Part shown: piece after piece, positions 18,825-30,391 of the stretch
Layout: each line of letters starts with the position of its first letter
How positions within the stretch are numbered: the first letter of the stretch is position 1
Assembly (NCBI GenBank): GCA_052168235.1
Contig: JBQLZK010000003.1
Coordinates: 64,001-128,000, forward strand
Direction: 5' to 3'
From: Thainema sp.
GTDB taxonomy: Bacteria; Cyanobacteriota; Cyanobacteriia; Phormidesmidales; Phormidesmidaceae
DNA: 64,000 bases
The notes under the pieces: generated by a model
Seen by the model: only the letters and a program-made list of their open reading frames with translations
What the model was told of the DNA's origin: nothing
Databases searched by the model: none
Position numbers and translations under genes: made by a program

Positions 18825-19417
18825 TTTTGTAATCCCTCTAACTACAACGATGAAGATTCTACCGAGGAATCTGCCCAACCATGCTACTTTCTGGCAAGAT
18901 CTAGCCTCCGTAATTCCATACTGTAGGTTAGCGTTTTCGATACGTCACCTTGTCTAGTACATCTGGCACACCTACGTAAAACTCCCGATAAACTAATGAA
19001 TATCTTTAAGATTGATGAACTGTCTCCGTAGATCTACGGCAAGGTTGAAGTGCAAAATCGGCTTGATTTCTGCTGCTTTTATGACATGTGACGTACCACA
19101 AACTAGCTTGCATAGGCAGCTTCACAGAATTGACATTTGTATTTTTTGAGTTAAAACAGGAATATCTACCTTTAGGGTAGTTATCGATACAGCATCTATC
19201 ACATACACTTAGATTTAATGTGAAGAGTTGTTGAAGTAAGTTGTGGTTTAGGAAAAGCTGCTTCAAAGCGCTTCACCTTTTTAAGATCCATCAGGGAAAG
19301 TTCGGGCCATATATTGTTGCCAAATCAAGCTGAGATAAAGCGTTGATTGGCTTACTTCACAAAGTTGAGTCCACTTTCAAACATACAGTGCTAAAGAGGT
19401 TATAGGCTGTGGGTGCT

Positions 19418-19771
19418 ATGCAGGAAACGATTCTATTCCAAGAGAACTGCGACTATCTCGAATTTGGTAGCCGTGTTTCGCGCGCGTTCTCACCGAAGCA
19501 ACGATTTTTCAAATCTATTCCGCCGGAGCGGATTGGGTTGAACGGTGAATATGATCATCACGGATTGGCGAAGCGAGTCAAGTTAGAACTGACAGAAGCC
19601 TTTGATGCAGAGACAATCAATAGTTTAAGAATTACGCAAAGAGGTCGAATTGTCATTTTCACGGGCAAGGTCGCTAACCCGCATGTGCTGGCTAGGTTAG
19701 TTAAGTTTACGCTACGGGTCAATGGAGCAGAAGGGATTGAAACTCACGGTGTGAAGTTGCTGTCGGCGTAA
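19418..19771 (+). CDS. BON-like phospholipid-binding protein
   Basis: PPERIGLNGEYDHHGLAKRV...ITQRGRIVIFTGKV. Confidence 0.8.
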   Translation: MQETILFQENCDYLEFGSRVSRAFSPKQRFFKSIPPERIGLNGEYDHHGLAKRVKLELTEAFDAETINSLRITQRGRIVIFTGKVANPHVLARLVKFTLRVNGAEGIETHGVKLLSA

Positions 19772-19915
19772 TTGTCCTGCATAGCTACCAAATTTCAAGT
19801 TGGTTTAGCGCGTATCTTGCGCACCTATAAAGCTGAAATCCAGATGAGGCATGTGTCGCTGTAGTACGGCGAAACGGTATAAAACATGCTTCTTCTGGCT
19901 TTTTTATTGGCAAAA

Positions 19916-21157
19916 TTAATAGTCTTCTAGCTTCGAGTGATCAAACTGGGGTTGGACACTGAGCGCAACGCAGACAGCGGCGGCCAAAAATGCGATCGCA
20001 CTGCCAATACCGCTCGTACTCGTCGGAATACTCTCCAACTGTGCAATCGCCACTCCAAAGAGGCTAGAGGCCAAAGCCCCACCGCTGAAATAGATGCCCG
20101 TTCCTAAACCCGCCTTATCCGGCGGCACCAGCGAAAGAGCAAAAGGAATTGTGCTGTTGGAAACGAGACTAAATGCGGCTCCCAGTGCGATCGCAAGTCC
20201 CGCCGCTGTCACCAGGCCCTGCATCAAGATCATCAGTCCGCAAAAAAACGCCATCGCCGCCAGTCCAATCATCATGCCCAAACGATTGCCCAGCCGAGTC
20301 GTGAGCGTGCCTGCTGGTATGGCAGTAACAGCCAAGGCGATAAAGATTAGCCCCACGACCAGGCTAGGATTGTCAACCGCCTGAGCCTGGACGAGCTGGG
20401 GAAAGCTCAGCATCAGCAACCGAAAGCCCAGTCCCACACCCACACCTGCTCCAAAGATGAGGCCCAGTGCTGGAATCGAAACGGGCGGATGTGAGATCGC
20501 GCGGTTTCCATCGGCTTTGTTGGCGGCTGTATCTAAAGGGTTAATCGTGCGATCCGGATCAAACAGGCGCAACGCTCCAGCCGCAACCAGCAGCACAAAC
20601 GAACCCAAGCCAAACGCCACCACCGGCCCGAGCCCGAGGATAAACTCACTCGCCAGTGGCCCCATCGCGCCCGCTACGCCACCCACAAGCGTTAAAATGC
20701 TGGCCGCTTGGGGTAAATGAGTCGCAAAGGCGTAGCGGCCCAGGAGCGACAGGGCGGGGCTACGAAACACCGTCATTGCCAATGCCCAGCTAACTAAAAT
20801 AATCGGCAAAAGCCAGCGGGCTGCGCCGGAATCCCAACCAAAGACTACAGCAAACGGAATCAAAATAAAGCAAACAGCGGCTAATACCACACCCACGGCA
20901 ATCACCGGAAAGCGGCTGCCCACCCACTGCTGCGCTCGATCGGAAAAATTGCCCATCAGCGGCTCCATCACCATTGCCAGCAGGTTTTCCAGCACGAGCA
21001 GCCCCACCGCCAAGCCTCTAGGGAATCCAACCTGGATCAACAAGTCCGCCAGGTACAGGTTATAAATCACCCACATCAGTGCGATCGCACCTTGCACGGC
21101 GGCCAGTCCCCAAACCTGTAGCCACAATACGCGCCGGGAAGAAACAGAAGCAGTCAT
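19916..21157 (-). CDS. MFS transporter
   Basis: About 12 TM segments, PLMGNFSDR motif. Confidence 0.88.
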   Translation of the reverse strand: MTASVSSRRVLWLQVWGLAAVQGAIALMWVIYNLYLADLLIQVGFPRGLAVGLLVLENLLAMVMEPLMGNFSDRAQQWVGSRFPVIAVGVVLAAVCFILIPFAVVFGWDSGAARWLLPIILVSWALAMTVFRSPALSLLGRYAFATHLPQAASILTLVGGVAGAMGPLASEFILGLGPVVAFGLGSFVLLVAAGALRLFDPDRTINPLDTAANKADGNRAISHPPVSIPALGLIFGAGVGVGLGFRLLMLSFPQLVQAQAVDNPSLVVGLIFIALAVTAIPAGTLTTRLGNRLGMMIGLAAMAFFCGLMILMQGLVTAAGLAIALGAAFSLVSNSTIPFALSLVPPDKAGLGTGIYFSGGALASSLFGVAIAQLESIPTSTSGIGSAIAFLAAAVCVALSVQPQFDHSKLEDY

Positions 21158-21348
21158 AATGCATGTGCCGCTTGACAGTAGGGCTTAGGGGACAATCTTT
21201 ATCCCTCATAGCTGACCTATACCTAACCTGTTTACTTCCACACGAGCAACGCAGCGTAGGAATTTGTCATAGATTTTTTTCATTCAAAGAGGCATATTGC
21301 TGTCGCAATGCGGCAGCAATATGCCTCTTTGGGTTTTTAGGCTTGAGT

Positions 21349-23280
21349 TTAACTCTTGAGGTACTTTTGCAGCGCCTCAGCCATCACCTCAGTCATTGAG
21401 CGATTTTGCCGCATAGCCGCTTCTTTCAGCAGATCGTACAGCTCATCATCCACCGTCACCCGCCGCTTGTGCTTGCGACCCTGCTTAGCCGTGCTGCTCT
21501 TGAGGTGCTGGTCATCCCCCGGCTGATAGCGATCAATGTACTCACGAATCGCATCAAACCCAATCCGCGCACAGAAATCACCAAAGCTTTCTTTGGATTT
21601 GCGCTTTTCGCGGAAAAAGACAAAAATTGGCGTCAGCGTGTCTTCCAGCGTATCAATGTGCATTCGGTCAATAAACGGCTGCGCCAGCCGCGTTTGATTC
21701 GGCGCACCACCCAGCCAGAGCTGATAGGAATCTGGCGCACTGCCCACAAAGCCCAGTTCTGCCATGTAAGGGCGGGCGCAACCATTGGGGCAACCCGTCA
21801 TCCGAATGAAGAACTCTTCTTTCTCTAGGCCAAGCTGGTTCAGCAGCGCCCGCACCCGATCAATCATGCTCGGCAGAATCCGCTCCGACTCCGTGATCGC
21901 CAAACCGCAGGTCGGCAGCGCTGGGCAAGCCATTGAGTAGCGCACCAGCGGATCAATGTCGGTTTCTTTCTTGATACCGTTTTCATCCAGAATGGCCTGG
22001 ATTTTCTTCTTTGCCTTGGGATCAATATCGTAAATAACGATATCGTGATTACCCGTCAGCCGCATCGGCAGATGGAACTGCTGCGTAATCTCACGCAGGG
22101 CCGTCTTCAGCTTCAGATTGGGCCAGTCTGCTACCCGACCGTTCTGGATCGAAATGCCCAAGAACAGCTTGCCGTCACCCTGCTCCTGCCAACCCAGATA
22201 GTCCCGAAATTCGAACTTGGGTAGCTTTTTGAACGGTTCCAGCTCCTTGCCAAAGTACTCTTCCACCTTGGCCCGGAACTTATCAACGCCCCAATCGTGC
22301 AGCAAATACTTCATCCGAGCATGCCGCCGCTGAGCGCGATCGCCATAGTCTCGCTGCGTTGACACGATCGCTTTAATCAGGTCATAAACATCGTCCTTAT
22401 CGACGTAGCCGATTGGATCAGCCAGTCGCGCAAAGGTTTCTTCCTTGTTGTGGGTGCGACCCATGCCGCCACCTGCTAGGACGTTGAAGCCCTTCAGTTT
22501 GCCCTTCTTGCTGGTAATGACAATTAGACCAACGTCTTGGGTATAGACATCAATGGAGTTGTCGCCCGGCACCGTGACCGCGCACTTGAACTTACGGGGC
22601 ATATAGACATCCCCGTAGATTGGCTCCACCGAGTCATGTACAACCGTGCCGTTGCCGTTGCGCTGACGCGCCGCCACGACATCGGGATGCTCCTCAGCGG
22701 TTAAAAACTTCTCGCCATCCAGCCAAATGTCATAATACGCACTGGTTTGAGGCCGCAGTAGGTCGGCAATTCGGTCGGCATAGTCCCGTGCGTAAACATA
22801 CTCCGGCTTGTCCTGAAACGGAGCCGGGGGAGCCATCACGTTGCGGTTCAAATCGCCGCAGGCTCCCAGAGTTGACCCCATGTTTTTAACAATAGTCGCA
22901 ACTGTCTCTTTCAGATTCCGCTTCAGAATGCCGTGAATTTGGAAACCCTGACGCGTAGTGACACGGAGGGTATGGTTGCCAAATCGCTCCGACAGATCAT
23001 CCAGCGCTAAATACAGCTCCGGCGGGATGAATCCGCCCGGATTCCGCGTCCGCAGCATGAACTGGTAGTCCTTCTCCTGCCCCTTGACTCGGTTATCCCG
23101 GTTGTCCTGCTGATATGACCCGTGAAACTTCAGAATTTGGATACCATCGCTCGAAAAGTGGGTGGTATCTTCCAGAATTTCGGTAGCAACGGGTTCGCGC
23201 AAAAAATCGCTGCGCTGCTTGATGCCTTCCATTTTGGAAAGCTTGTCGGGTGCGGACGGTTTCGTTGGAGTGTTAACCAT
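21349..23280 (-). CDS. sir: Ferredoxin-dependent sulfite reductase with C-terminal RHH-like extension
   Basis: [47 protein letters not shown] siroheme/4Fe-4S ligands. Confidence 0.97.
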   Translation of the reverse strand: MVNTPTKPSAPDKLSKMEGIKQRSDFLREPVATEILEDTTHFSSDGIQILKFHGSYQQDNRDNRVKGQEKDYQFMLRTRNPGGFIPPELYLALDDLSERFGNHTLRVTTRQGFQIHGILKRNLKETVATIVKNMGSTLGACGDLNRNVMAPPAPFQDKPEYVYARDYADRIADLLRPQTSAYYDIWLDGEKFLTAEEHPDVVAARQRNGNGTVVHDSVEPIYGDVYMPRKFKCAVTVPGDNSIDVYTQDVGLIVITSKKGKLKGFNVLAGGGMGRTHNKEETFARLADPIGYVDKDDVYDLIKAIVSTQRDYGDRAQRRHARMKYLLHDWGVDKFRAKVEEYFGKELEPFKKLPKFEFRDYLGWQEQGDGKLFLGISIQNGRVADWPNLKLKTALREITQQFHLPMRLTGNHDIVIYDIDPKAKKKIQAILDENGIKKETDIDPLVRYSMACPALPTCGLAITESERILPSMIDRVRALLNQLGLEKEEFFIRMTGCPNGCARPYMAELGFVGSAPDSYQLWLGGAPNQTRLAQPFIDRMHIDTLEDTLTPIFVFFREKRKSKESFGDFCARIGFDAIREYIDRYQPGDDQHLKSSTAKQGRKHKRRVTVDDELYDLLKEAAMRQNRSMTEVMAEALQKYLKS

Positions 23281-23683
23281 TAGTCTAAGCGGGATGATGG
23301 ACGAGCAAGATTATTAACCTACCATCGCAGGCTGCGATCGCAAGGAAACACTTTAAAAGTCTCAAGCTTTCAAGGTCGCTCAATCTGGTAAGTATGAGAA
23401 ACCCCGGTAAATCGGTCGAGATTGCGGTGTATCCCCTTCATCCTAACATCTCTTCTAGTCGAGGTTGAGGAGGATGAGTCGCCAAAGATTGATATTTCAT
23501 ACCCTGATTTCGCTGAGACAATTCCTTTCGCCGAACATCCCAAACCTTAAACGTTCCTTAGGTTCAGTGCCGAGGTGCGGCTGTGCGATCGCAAACGCAA
23601 TTGACGCGCGATAGACTCAGAAGGAAGCTGGCGCTGCTCATGCAGCCCGCTGGCACTGTCCAATTGTTTGGAGCGACGAAATC

Positions 23684-23941
23684 ATGCCCGATTCACTGAT
23701 GTATCAGGAAGAAATGTTTGTTCTGCTTGAGCCAGGTCAACCGGAGCAGTTTCTCGATGCTGAGGAATTAGAAGCCAAACTGACGGACGTCCTGCGCACC
23801 CATCAAGCCGATTTGCCGCGCAGCCTAGCCCGATATGACCAGATTGACGAGCAGGTGAAGCATTTGATCAACACGTCCTGCGAATTTGAAACCGAACCTG
23901 GTCATTTTCTACAGTGGTACGTTGTTCGATTGGAAAAATAG
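23684..23941 (+). CDS. crr7: Chlororespiratory reduction protein 7 homologue
   Basis: LLEPGQPEQFL...SCEFETEPGHFLQWYVVRLEK. Confidence 0.85.
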   Translation: MPDSLMYQEEMFVLLEPGQPEQFLDAEELEAKLTDVLRTHQADLPRSLARYDQIDEQVKHLINTSCEFETEPGHFLQWYVVRLEK

Positions 23942-23972
23942 GAGAAATAATCTATCACCCATTAACAACGTT

Positions 23973-24038
23973 GTAGGGGCGGGTTTAGCCACCAATTATG
24001 GCTTTAAATCGAAATTGACCAACAAAACCCGCCCTTAC
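23973..24038. repeat. REP/REPIN-like element
   Basis: GTAGGGGCGGGTTT...AAAACCCGCCCTTAC between convergent genes. Confidence 0.75.
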
Positions 24039-24057
24039 AAGAGGGTGTAATCCTCAT

Positions 24058-24630
24058 TTAAACCGCTGCGGGTGTACCTGCTGCCTCGGGACTGGTAATC
24101 AGCGACACCTCAACTTTGCCCTCCGTAGGCTGGGTCAAATCTAATCGGATGCCAGGCCCAAAAAAGCGTTCAATGCGATCGCGTTTTTTCTCCCAGGTTT
24201 CAAACGGCATATTCGGCGAATCAAACTCCAAAATCAGCGTATAAGCACCACCAATTTGCGTTTCGCGCACTCCGGTCAAAGTAGGGCGCTCCTCGTCATT
24301 GCGACTTAACCCCAGTGCTTCTAGAGACGTATCTAAATGAACCTCTTGGCCGTAGCGATAGCGAGTAACGTCCTTGCGGATTTGAGTTTGAGTTTGAGTC
24401 GCCTGGGTTTTCCGCAGCTCGAGCACCTCTGGTGAGGTTGGCTCAGTAAACGGCACAGGCTTCAGTTCAGACGCCTTCAGCGCTAACCCGCCCAGCAAAA
24501 TGGGAATGCCGTAAAAGAAACCCACCAGGTTGAGCGTTGCCTGCTCGGCAAAATAGGCCGCAAAACCAATGACGGTCAGAATGCCTCCAACCGTAAGTCC
24601 AATTGCTCCCAGGGGAAATTGACGCAGCAT
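24058..24630 (-). CDS. DUF2854 family membrane protein
   Basis: GFFYGIPILLGGLALKASELKP, DVTRYRYGQEVHLD, RFFGPG. Confidence 0.88.
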   Translation of the reverse strand: MLRQFPLGAIGLTVGGILTVIGFAAYFAEQATLNLVGFFYGIPILLGGLALKASELKPVPFTEPTSPEVLELRKTQATQTQTQIRKDVTRYRYGQEVHLDTSLEALGLSRNDEERPTLTGVRETQIGGAYTLILEFDSPNMPFETWEKKRDRIERFFGPGIRLDLTQPTEGKVEVSLITSPEAAGTPAAV

Positions 24631-24967
24631 AGTATGAAGAAAAAATAAATATCGTTGATCAGAATCAGTTAATGATGTCCTGATTCCATCATCCCCTTAA
24701 ATCTGCCCTTATGCCTGTTGTGGATCAAATATTTGGTGAGTCCGGGTCAGTCTCTCGTTAATTTAGGGAACGTTCAAACGCTCAACATTCAAACGTGCAA
24801 CGTTCAAACGTTAGATTTCGTAAATGGCTCAACCAAAGTAGCGATGGCTGTAAGACACAATCAAAGATAATCACGGTAAATGTTGTGCAGGATTGGTGCG
24901 AATAGTGCGATCGCAGATTTCCTTTTAAGATAAAAACAAATAGCCTGACCCATTACCTAAGATCACT

Positions 24968-25156
24968 ATGGATTTAACCCAAATTCGCGAACGGATTGAA
25001 ATTATTCAGAGCAAGCGCCAAGCTCTGGTCAAGCTTTTAGAACAGCCTAATCTGGGAACCTTACGAATCGATGTCAATCAAGCACTAGAAGAAATGGACG
25101 ATCTGCTCGACGAGTTCGACCGAACCTTCCCAGAAGCAACGGGCAGTCAAATTTAG
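24968..25156 (+). CDS. Conserved small hypothetical protein
   Basis: LLEQPNLGTLRIDVNQALEEMDDLLDEF; followed by a strong hairpin. Confidence 0.8.
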   Translation: MDLTQIRERIEIIQSKRQALVKLLEQPNLGTLRIDVNQALEEMDDLLDEFDRTFPEATGSQI

Positions 25157-25175
25157 TCAACCGTCTTCAAAAGAG

Positions 25176-25228
25176 GAGGAGGGGCGTTTGATCGCTGTGA
25201 TACAGCGATCAAACGCCCCTCCTCTTTT
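25176..25228 (+). terminator. 23-bp perfect hairpin plus T-run
   Basis: GAGGAGGGGCGTTTGATCGCTGT-GAT-ACAGCGATCAAACGCCCCTCCTC-TTTT. Confidence 0.75.
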
Positions 25229-25390
25229 ATTTCGTCAGCCATTTACAACCCTCCCCCACGATAGATGTTTAACTTTGAGGAGAATTTGAGAATGGAATCG
25301 CGCAAATGACGCGCGAATCAACCGCGTCAATTCGCATCATTTCAGTCACTCAATTTTGTACTTCATCTATAAAACTGTCAGAGGGCAACT

Positions 25391-27226
25391 ATGCGACTAG
25401 GCGCAGCCTGGGTTGGCAATCAAGACTGGGAATTTACCGTTTGGGCACCGCAGCGTCAGCAGGTTGACGTCGAACTACTTACCCCAGAGCCGCGCTGGGT
25501 ACCGATGCAGCCCGCCGAACTAGGACACTGGCAGGTGAAAATTTCAAACTTACCGCCGGATACTCGCTACCGTTATCGCCTCGACGGCACAGACAGCTTT
25601 CCCGATCCGGCTTCTCACTTTCAGCCCGCAGGGCCGCATCAGCCATCCCAAATCGTTTCGCACCATGCATTTGAATGGACAGATCAGGACTGGCAAGGCA
25701 TTCCGCTGGCCGACTACATTATTTACGAACTGCACGTTGGCACATTCACGCCAGAGGGCACATTTGATGCGATTGCAGATCGACTATCCGATCTCAAAGA
25801 GTTAGGCATTAACGCAATTGAAATTATGCCCGTTGCCCAATTTCCGGGCGATCGCAACTGGGGCTATGACGGCACCTACGTCTACGCCGTCCAAAATTCC
25901 TACGGTGGCCCAGAGGGTCTAAAGCGACTGGTCAATGCCTGCCATCAGCAAGGGATCGCTGTCGTCATGGATGTGGTTTACAACCACTTTGGCCCCGAAG
26001 GCAACTATGTCGGCCAGTTTGGGCCATACTTTACCGCCCACTACAAAACCCCTTGGGGCAATGCCGTCAACTTCGACGATGCTGACAGCCCCGGCGTACG
26101 CAACTTTGTGGTTGAAAATGCGCTCTACTGGCTGGAGCAGTATCACATTGACGCCCTGCGCCTGGATGCCGTCCACGCCATTTATGACTACGGAGCTTAT
26201 CACATCCTGGCCGAAATGGCCGATCAGGTGGCGGAGTTGAACCAGCAGAGCCAGTTTCAGCGCTACCTGATTGCTGAGAGCGATTTGAATGACGTAGAGA
26301 TTGTTCGCTCGCGATCGCAGAATGGCCACGGCATGAACGCCCAGTGGAGCGACGACTACCACCACTGCGTTCATACGCTACTGACGGGCGAAAACATCGG
26401 CTATTACCAGGACTTCGGCACCTGCGAGCAACTGGCCAAAGTCTGGCGCAAGAGCTTCGCCTACACCTGGAACTATTCCAACGATCGGCAGCGCTACCAC
26501 GGCAGCGATCCCAGCGAGTGTAATCTCTTTCAGTTCGTCGTCGCCGTCCAGAATCACGACCAGGTCGGCAACCGCATGTTAGGCGAGCGGCTGTCCCATC
26601 TCGTCTCGTTTGAAGCCCAAAAGCTGGCAGCAGCCCTACTCATCCTCGCTCCCGCCATCCCCATGCTGTTCATGGGCGAAGAATATGGAGAAGATGCTCC
26701 CTTCCTCTACTTCATCAGCCACACCGATCTCGATCTCGTCCAAGCCGTCCGCGAAGGCCGCAAACGCGAATTTGAAGCCTTTCACCTCGAAGGCGAACCA
26801 CCCGATGCCGCCAGCCAAGAAGCCTTTCAAACCAGCACGCTGAACTGGGACAAGCGCACCCAAGGTCAACATGGCGTGCTGCTGGAGTTCTATCAAACCC
26901 TGATTCAACTACGGCAAAGTTCACCCGCGCTGAAAAACTGCGATCGCACCTGTCTCGAAGCATCCAGCGATGAAGCTAATCGCGTCCTCGCCCTACGCCG
27001 CTGGCAGGGAGATGAGCAAACGCTCGCTCTCTTCAGCTTCAACGATAATCCCGCCCCCATCCCCACCGACTGGCTAGCCGGACAAACCTGGCAAAAACAG
27101 CTCGATTCCGCCGATTCCCGCTGGAAAGGCAAGGGCTCAACCCTGCCGGAAACATTAACCTCTGATTCTCAGGATTCGCTGACAGTTTCTCCTTGGAGTG
27201 TGGCGGTTTATGGGGGGAAGGGGTAG
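25391..27226 (+). CDS. treZ: Malto-oligosyltrehalose trehalohydrolase (GH13)
   Basis: IYELHVGTFT, RNWGYDG, LRLDAVHAI, LIAESD, QNHDQVGNR, LFMGEEY. Confidence 0.96.
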   Translation: MRLGAAWVGNQDWEFTVWAPQRQQVDVELLTPEPRWVPMQPAELGHWQVKISNLPPDTRYRYRLDGTDSFPDPASHFQPAGPHQPSQIVSHHAFEWTDQDWQGIPLADYIIYELHVGTFTPEGTFDAIADRLSDLKELGINAIEIMPVAQFPGDRNWGYDGTYVYAVQNSYGGPEGLKRLVNACHQQGIAVVMDVVYNHFGPEGNYVGQFGPYFTAHYKTPWGNAVNFDDADSPGVRNFVVENALYWLEQYHIDALRLDAVHAIYDYGAYHILAEMADQVAELNQQSQFQRYLIAESDLNDVEIVRSRSQNGHGMNAQWSDDYHHCVHTLLTGENIGYYQDFGTCEQLAKVWRKSFAYTWNYSNDRQRYHGSDPSECNLFQFVVAVQNHDQVGNRMLGERLSHLVSFEAQKLAAALLILAPAIPMLFMGEEYGEDAPFLYFISHTDLDLVQAVREGRKREFEAFHLEGEPPDAASQEAFQTSTLNWDKRTQGQHGVLLEFYQTLIQLRQSSPALKNCDRTCLEASSDEANRVLALRRWQGDEQTLALFSFNDNPAPIPTDWLAGQTWQKQLDSADSRWKGKGSTLPETLTSDSQDSLTVSPWSVAVYGGKG

Positions 27227-27488
27227 ATATGGAGGCATGTAAAGGGCAGGAAAGCAGGGAGAGAGTCTTTGTAGGGTGTGTTGAGCAAAGCGAAACGCAC
27301 CGACAACAATTAACCTGAACTCTTACCACCTACCAATCAACTAAGCTTCCCACTATCAATCCTGAACCTTAATCATCACTATTAACCACTAACCATCACC
27401 CCAATCACCATTAATTATCAACTTTCCATCAACCATCAACTTTTAGAAATCCAACTATCTAGCAACTACTAGGAGTCAGCCAGAGCTT

Positions 27489-30290
27489 ATGCGAATTCCT
27501 GTTGCGACTTATCGAATTCAGTTCAATCTCGACTTTACCTTCAAGGATGCTCATGCGATCGCAACTTACTTGAAGGAACTGGGCATTTCCGATTTATATG
27601 CCTCACCGATTTTTAAGGCTCGTGAGGGCAGTACGCATGGATATGACGTAGTCGATCCGCGTCAGTTCAATCCGGAACTGGGTGGAGAAGAAGCATTTGA
27701 AGCCTTGGTGCAGACGCTGCGGGATCAGGGCATGGGCTGGCTTCAGGACATTGTGCCCAATCACATGGCCTATGATACCCAGAATGAGTTTCTGATGGAC
27801 GTATTGGAAAATGGGCCAGATTCCGAATATTTCAGCTTTTTTGATATTCAGTGGGAGCATCCCTATCCCGATTTGCAGGGCAAGATTCTGACACCGCTGC
27901 TGGGAGACTTCTACGGCAGGTGCTTGGAGCGGGGTGAACTCCAGCTCAGCTATGACGAAGCGGGCTTAGCCGTCAACTACTACAACAACCGATTCCCCCT
28001 GCGCGTCGAGTCCTACTCTGACTTGATTACCTACGATATGGGCCGACTGGCGCGATCGCTAGGACGACAGCATCCCGACTTTATTAAGCTGCTGGGCGTA
28101 CTCTACATGCTGCGGCATTCAATCGCCGATACCACGGGGCAGCAGCGCCGCGATCAGGTTGCCTTTGTCAAAGGCATGCTGTGGGAACTGTATCAGTCCA
28201 ATGAAGAGATTCAGCAGTTTATTGACCATAATCTGGCCTATTTTAACGGCGATGCCAACGATCCCAGCAGCTTTGATCCCCTTGATCGGCTACTGTCTAA
28301 CCAGTTTTTCCGGCTGTCCTTCTGGAAAGTGGGAGCCGAAGAACTTAACTATCGCCGCTTTTTCACGGTCAATGAGCTGATTAGCGTCAATGTGCAAAAG
28401 CAAAATGTCTTTCGCACCACCCATAAACTAATTTGCGAAGCGATTAATCAGGAACAGTTTACGGGTATTCGCATTGACCATATTGACGGGCTATACGATC
28501 CAGAACGCTATCTGCACCAGTTGCGCGATAGTTTAGGCGACGACACCTACATCGTTGTAGAAAAAATTCTGGAACCAGGCGAAACGTTGCCCAACGACTG
28601 GCCGATTCAGGGCACATCCGGTTACGACTTTTTGAACACCGTCAACCGTCTGTTCTGCCAATCGGAAAGCGAAGATGCCCTCACCCGGCTCTACTACCGA
28701 TTTACCGGACTCTACGAGCCTTATAAAGAGCTGGCACTGGAGAAAAAGCAGCTGATTGCCGAGACAAATCTGGCGGGCGATATTGAAAATTTAGCCAATC
28801 AGCTCAAGAGCATTGCCGGACGCTATCGCTACGCCAGTGACTTTACGCTCAACGGTCTGCGGCGCGCAGTGATGGAAGTGCTGGTGCTGTTCCCCATCTA
28901 TCGCACCTACATTACCAATGAGGGCATTGACGAACGCGATCGCACTTACGTTCAGCGCGTGATCCGTCAGGCCAAAGCTCGCCGCCCGCAGCTCACCAAA
29001 GAATTAGACTTCATTCAAAAGCTGTTACTGCTGGAGCATGAAGACTGGCTGACCAAAGAAGAGCGCGATCGCTGGACGCACTTTGTTATGTGGCTCCAGC
29101 AGTTCACTGGGCCGCTGATGGCCAAAGGCATTGAAGACACGCTGCTGTATGTTTACTACCGCTTTACGTCACTCAATGAAGTGGGCGGGTCGCCTGATGA
29201 ATTTGCCATTTCGCTACCCGAATTTCACGCCTTCCACAAATATCAGCGAGAGCATTGGCCCCACGCCCTCAATGCCACCTCAACCCACGACACCAAGCGC
29301 AGCGAGGACATCCGGGCACGGCTCAACGTGCTGTCGGAAATCCCCGACGAATGGGATGTCGAAGTGGAAACCTGGCGCATGTTGAACCATGTCCACAAGC
29401 AAACGGGTGAGGATCGGCTGATTCCCGATGCCAACGACGAGTATTTCCTCTACCAGACCCTGGTCGGCGCACTGCCCTTTGCTCCCTACGACCATGAGAA
29501 TTTCCAAGATCGCATCAAAGACTACGCCGTCAAAGCCGTACGAGAAGCCAAAGTCCACACTGCCTGGCTGCGACCCGATACCGAATATGAAGAAGGATTT
29601 GTCGCCTTCATTGATGGGCTAATGGAACAGCGAGACGACAACGAATTTCTCCAGCGACTTCATGCCTTTAACGAGAAGGTTGCCGCCTACGGCATTTTCA
29701 ACTCCCTCTCCCAACTGCTGATTAAAATTACCGCACCTGGCGTACCCGACATTTACCAGGGCACCGAATTCTGGGACTTGAGCCTGGTCGATCCGGATAA
29801 CCGCCGCCCCGTCGATTACGAACTGCGAGCCAAAGCTCTGCAAAACCTGCGAGATCGCACCGCTGCCGATATGCCTGGATTATTGAAAGAGTTGCGATCG
29901 CAGGCTGCCGACGGTCGCATCAAGCTGTTTTTAATCATGCAGGCACTGGCTGCTCGTACCAAATATGTCGGTATTTTTCAGCAGGGTAGCTATTTACCGA
30001 TCAAGGTCATGGGCGACTATCAGGATCACGTCGTCGCCTTTACTCGCCAGTCTGGCAATCAAGTGGCGCTCACGGTAGTCCCCCGCTTTCTAGTAAAGCT
30101 AGTTCATCCCTCCGAGTTTCCCCTGGGTGATGCTGTTTGGGGCAACACCGCCATCGAGATTCCCAACGGCAACCAAGTCAACTGGATCAACATCATCACG
30201 AATGAATCCCTCTCTGGGCAATCGGTCTTACCCATCTCCCAAATCCTTAACCAATTTCCAGTTGCGTTATTAGTAAGTACACCAAGCTAA
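27489..30290 (+). CDS. treY: Malto-oligosyltrehalose synthase (GH13)
   Basis: PVATYRIQF, GSTHGYDVVD, DIVPNHM, RIDHIDGL, STHDTKRSED, SLVDPDNRRPVDY. Confidence 0.97.
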   Translation: MRIPVATYRIQFNLDFTFKDAHAIATYLKELGISDLYASPIFKAREGSTHGYDVVDPRQFNPELGGEEAFEALVQTLRDQGMGWLQDIVPNHMAYDTQNEFLMDVLENGPDSEYFSFFDIQWEHPYPDLQGKILTPLLGDFYGRCLERGELQLSYDEAGLAVNYYNNRFPLRVESYSDLITYDMGRLARSLGRQHPDFIKLLGVLYMLRHSIADTTGQQRRDQVAFVKGMLWELYQSNEEIQQFIDHNLAYFNGDANDPSSFDPLDRLLSNQFFRLSFWKVGAEELNYRRFFTVNELISVNVQKQNVFRTTHKLICEAINQEQFTGIRIDHIDGLYDPERYLHQLRDSLGDDTYIVVEKILEPGETLPNDWPIQGTSGYDFLNTVNRLFCQSESEDALTRLYYRFTGLYEPYKELALEKKQLIAETNLAGDIENLANQLKSIAGRYRYASDFTLNGLRRAVMEVLVLFPIYRTYITNEGIDERDRTYVQRVIRQAKARRPQLTKELDFIQKLLLLEHEDWLTKEERDRWTHFVMWLQQFTGPLMAKGIEDTLLYVYYRFTSLNEVGGSPDEFAISLPEFHAFHKYQREHWPHALNATSTHDTKRSEDIRARLNVLSEIPDEWDVEVETWRMLNHVHKQTGEDRLIPDANDEYFLYQTLVGALPFAPYDHENFQDRIKDYAVKAVREAKVHTAWLRPDTEYEEGFVAFIDGLMEQRDDNEFLQRLHAFNEKVAAYGIFNSLSQLLIKITAPGVPDIYQGTEFWDLSLVDPDNRRPVDYELRAKALQNLRDRTAADMPGLLKELRSQAADGRIKLFLIMQALAARTKYVGIFQQGSYLPIKVMGDYQDHVVAFTRQSGNQVALTVVPRFLVKLVHPSEFPLGDAVWGNTAIEIPNGNQVNWINIITNESLSGQSVLPISQILNQFPVALLVSTPS

Positions 30291-30325
30291 TTTGGTTGCG
30301 TTGTGATAAACAAGTTCGATATTGG

Positions 30326-30391
30326 GTAGGGGTAGGTTTAGCAGATCAATCTGCACCGTGTCATAAACTTGACGACGAAACCCATCCCTAC
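30326..30391. repeat. REPIN-like element, near copy of 59722-59787
   Basis: Shares spacer CAATCTGCACCG.GTCATA..TTGAC and flank TACAGTTTGCG with the 59.7-kb copy. Confidence 0.8.

Noticed and set aside
19006..19266. 86-aa minus-strand ORF in an AT-rich gap
   Set aside because: Non-ATG start, no motif; looks like divergent promoter DNA
24770..24811. AACGTTC(A)-type tandem repeats, and purine-rich repeats at about 46425 and 54355
   Set aside because: Ordinary cyanobacterial STRR-like repeats with no further structure
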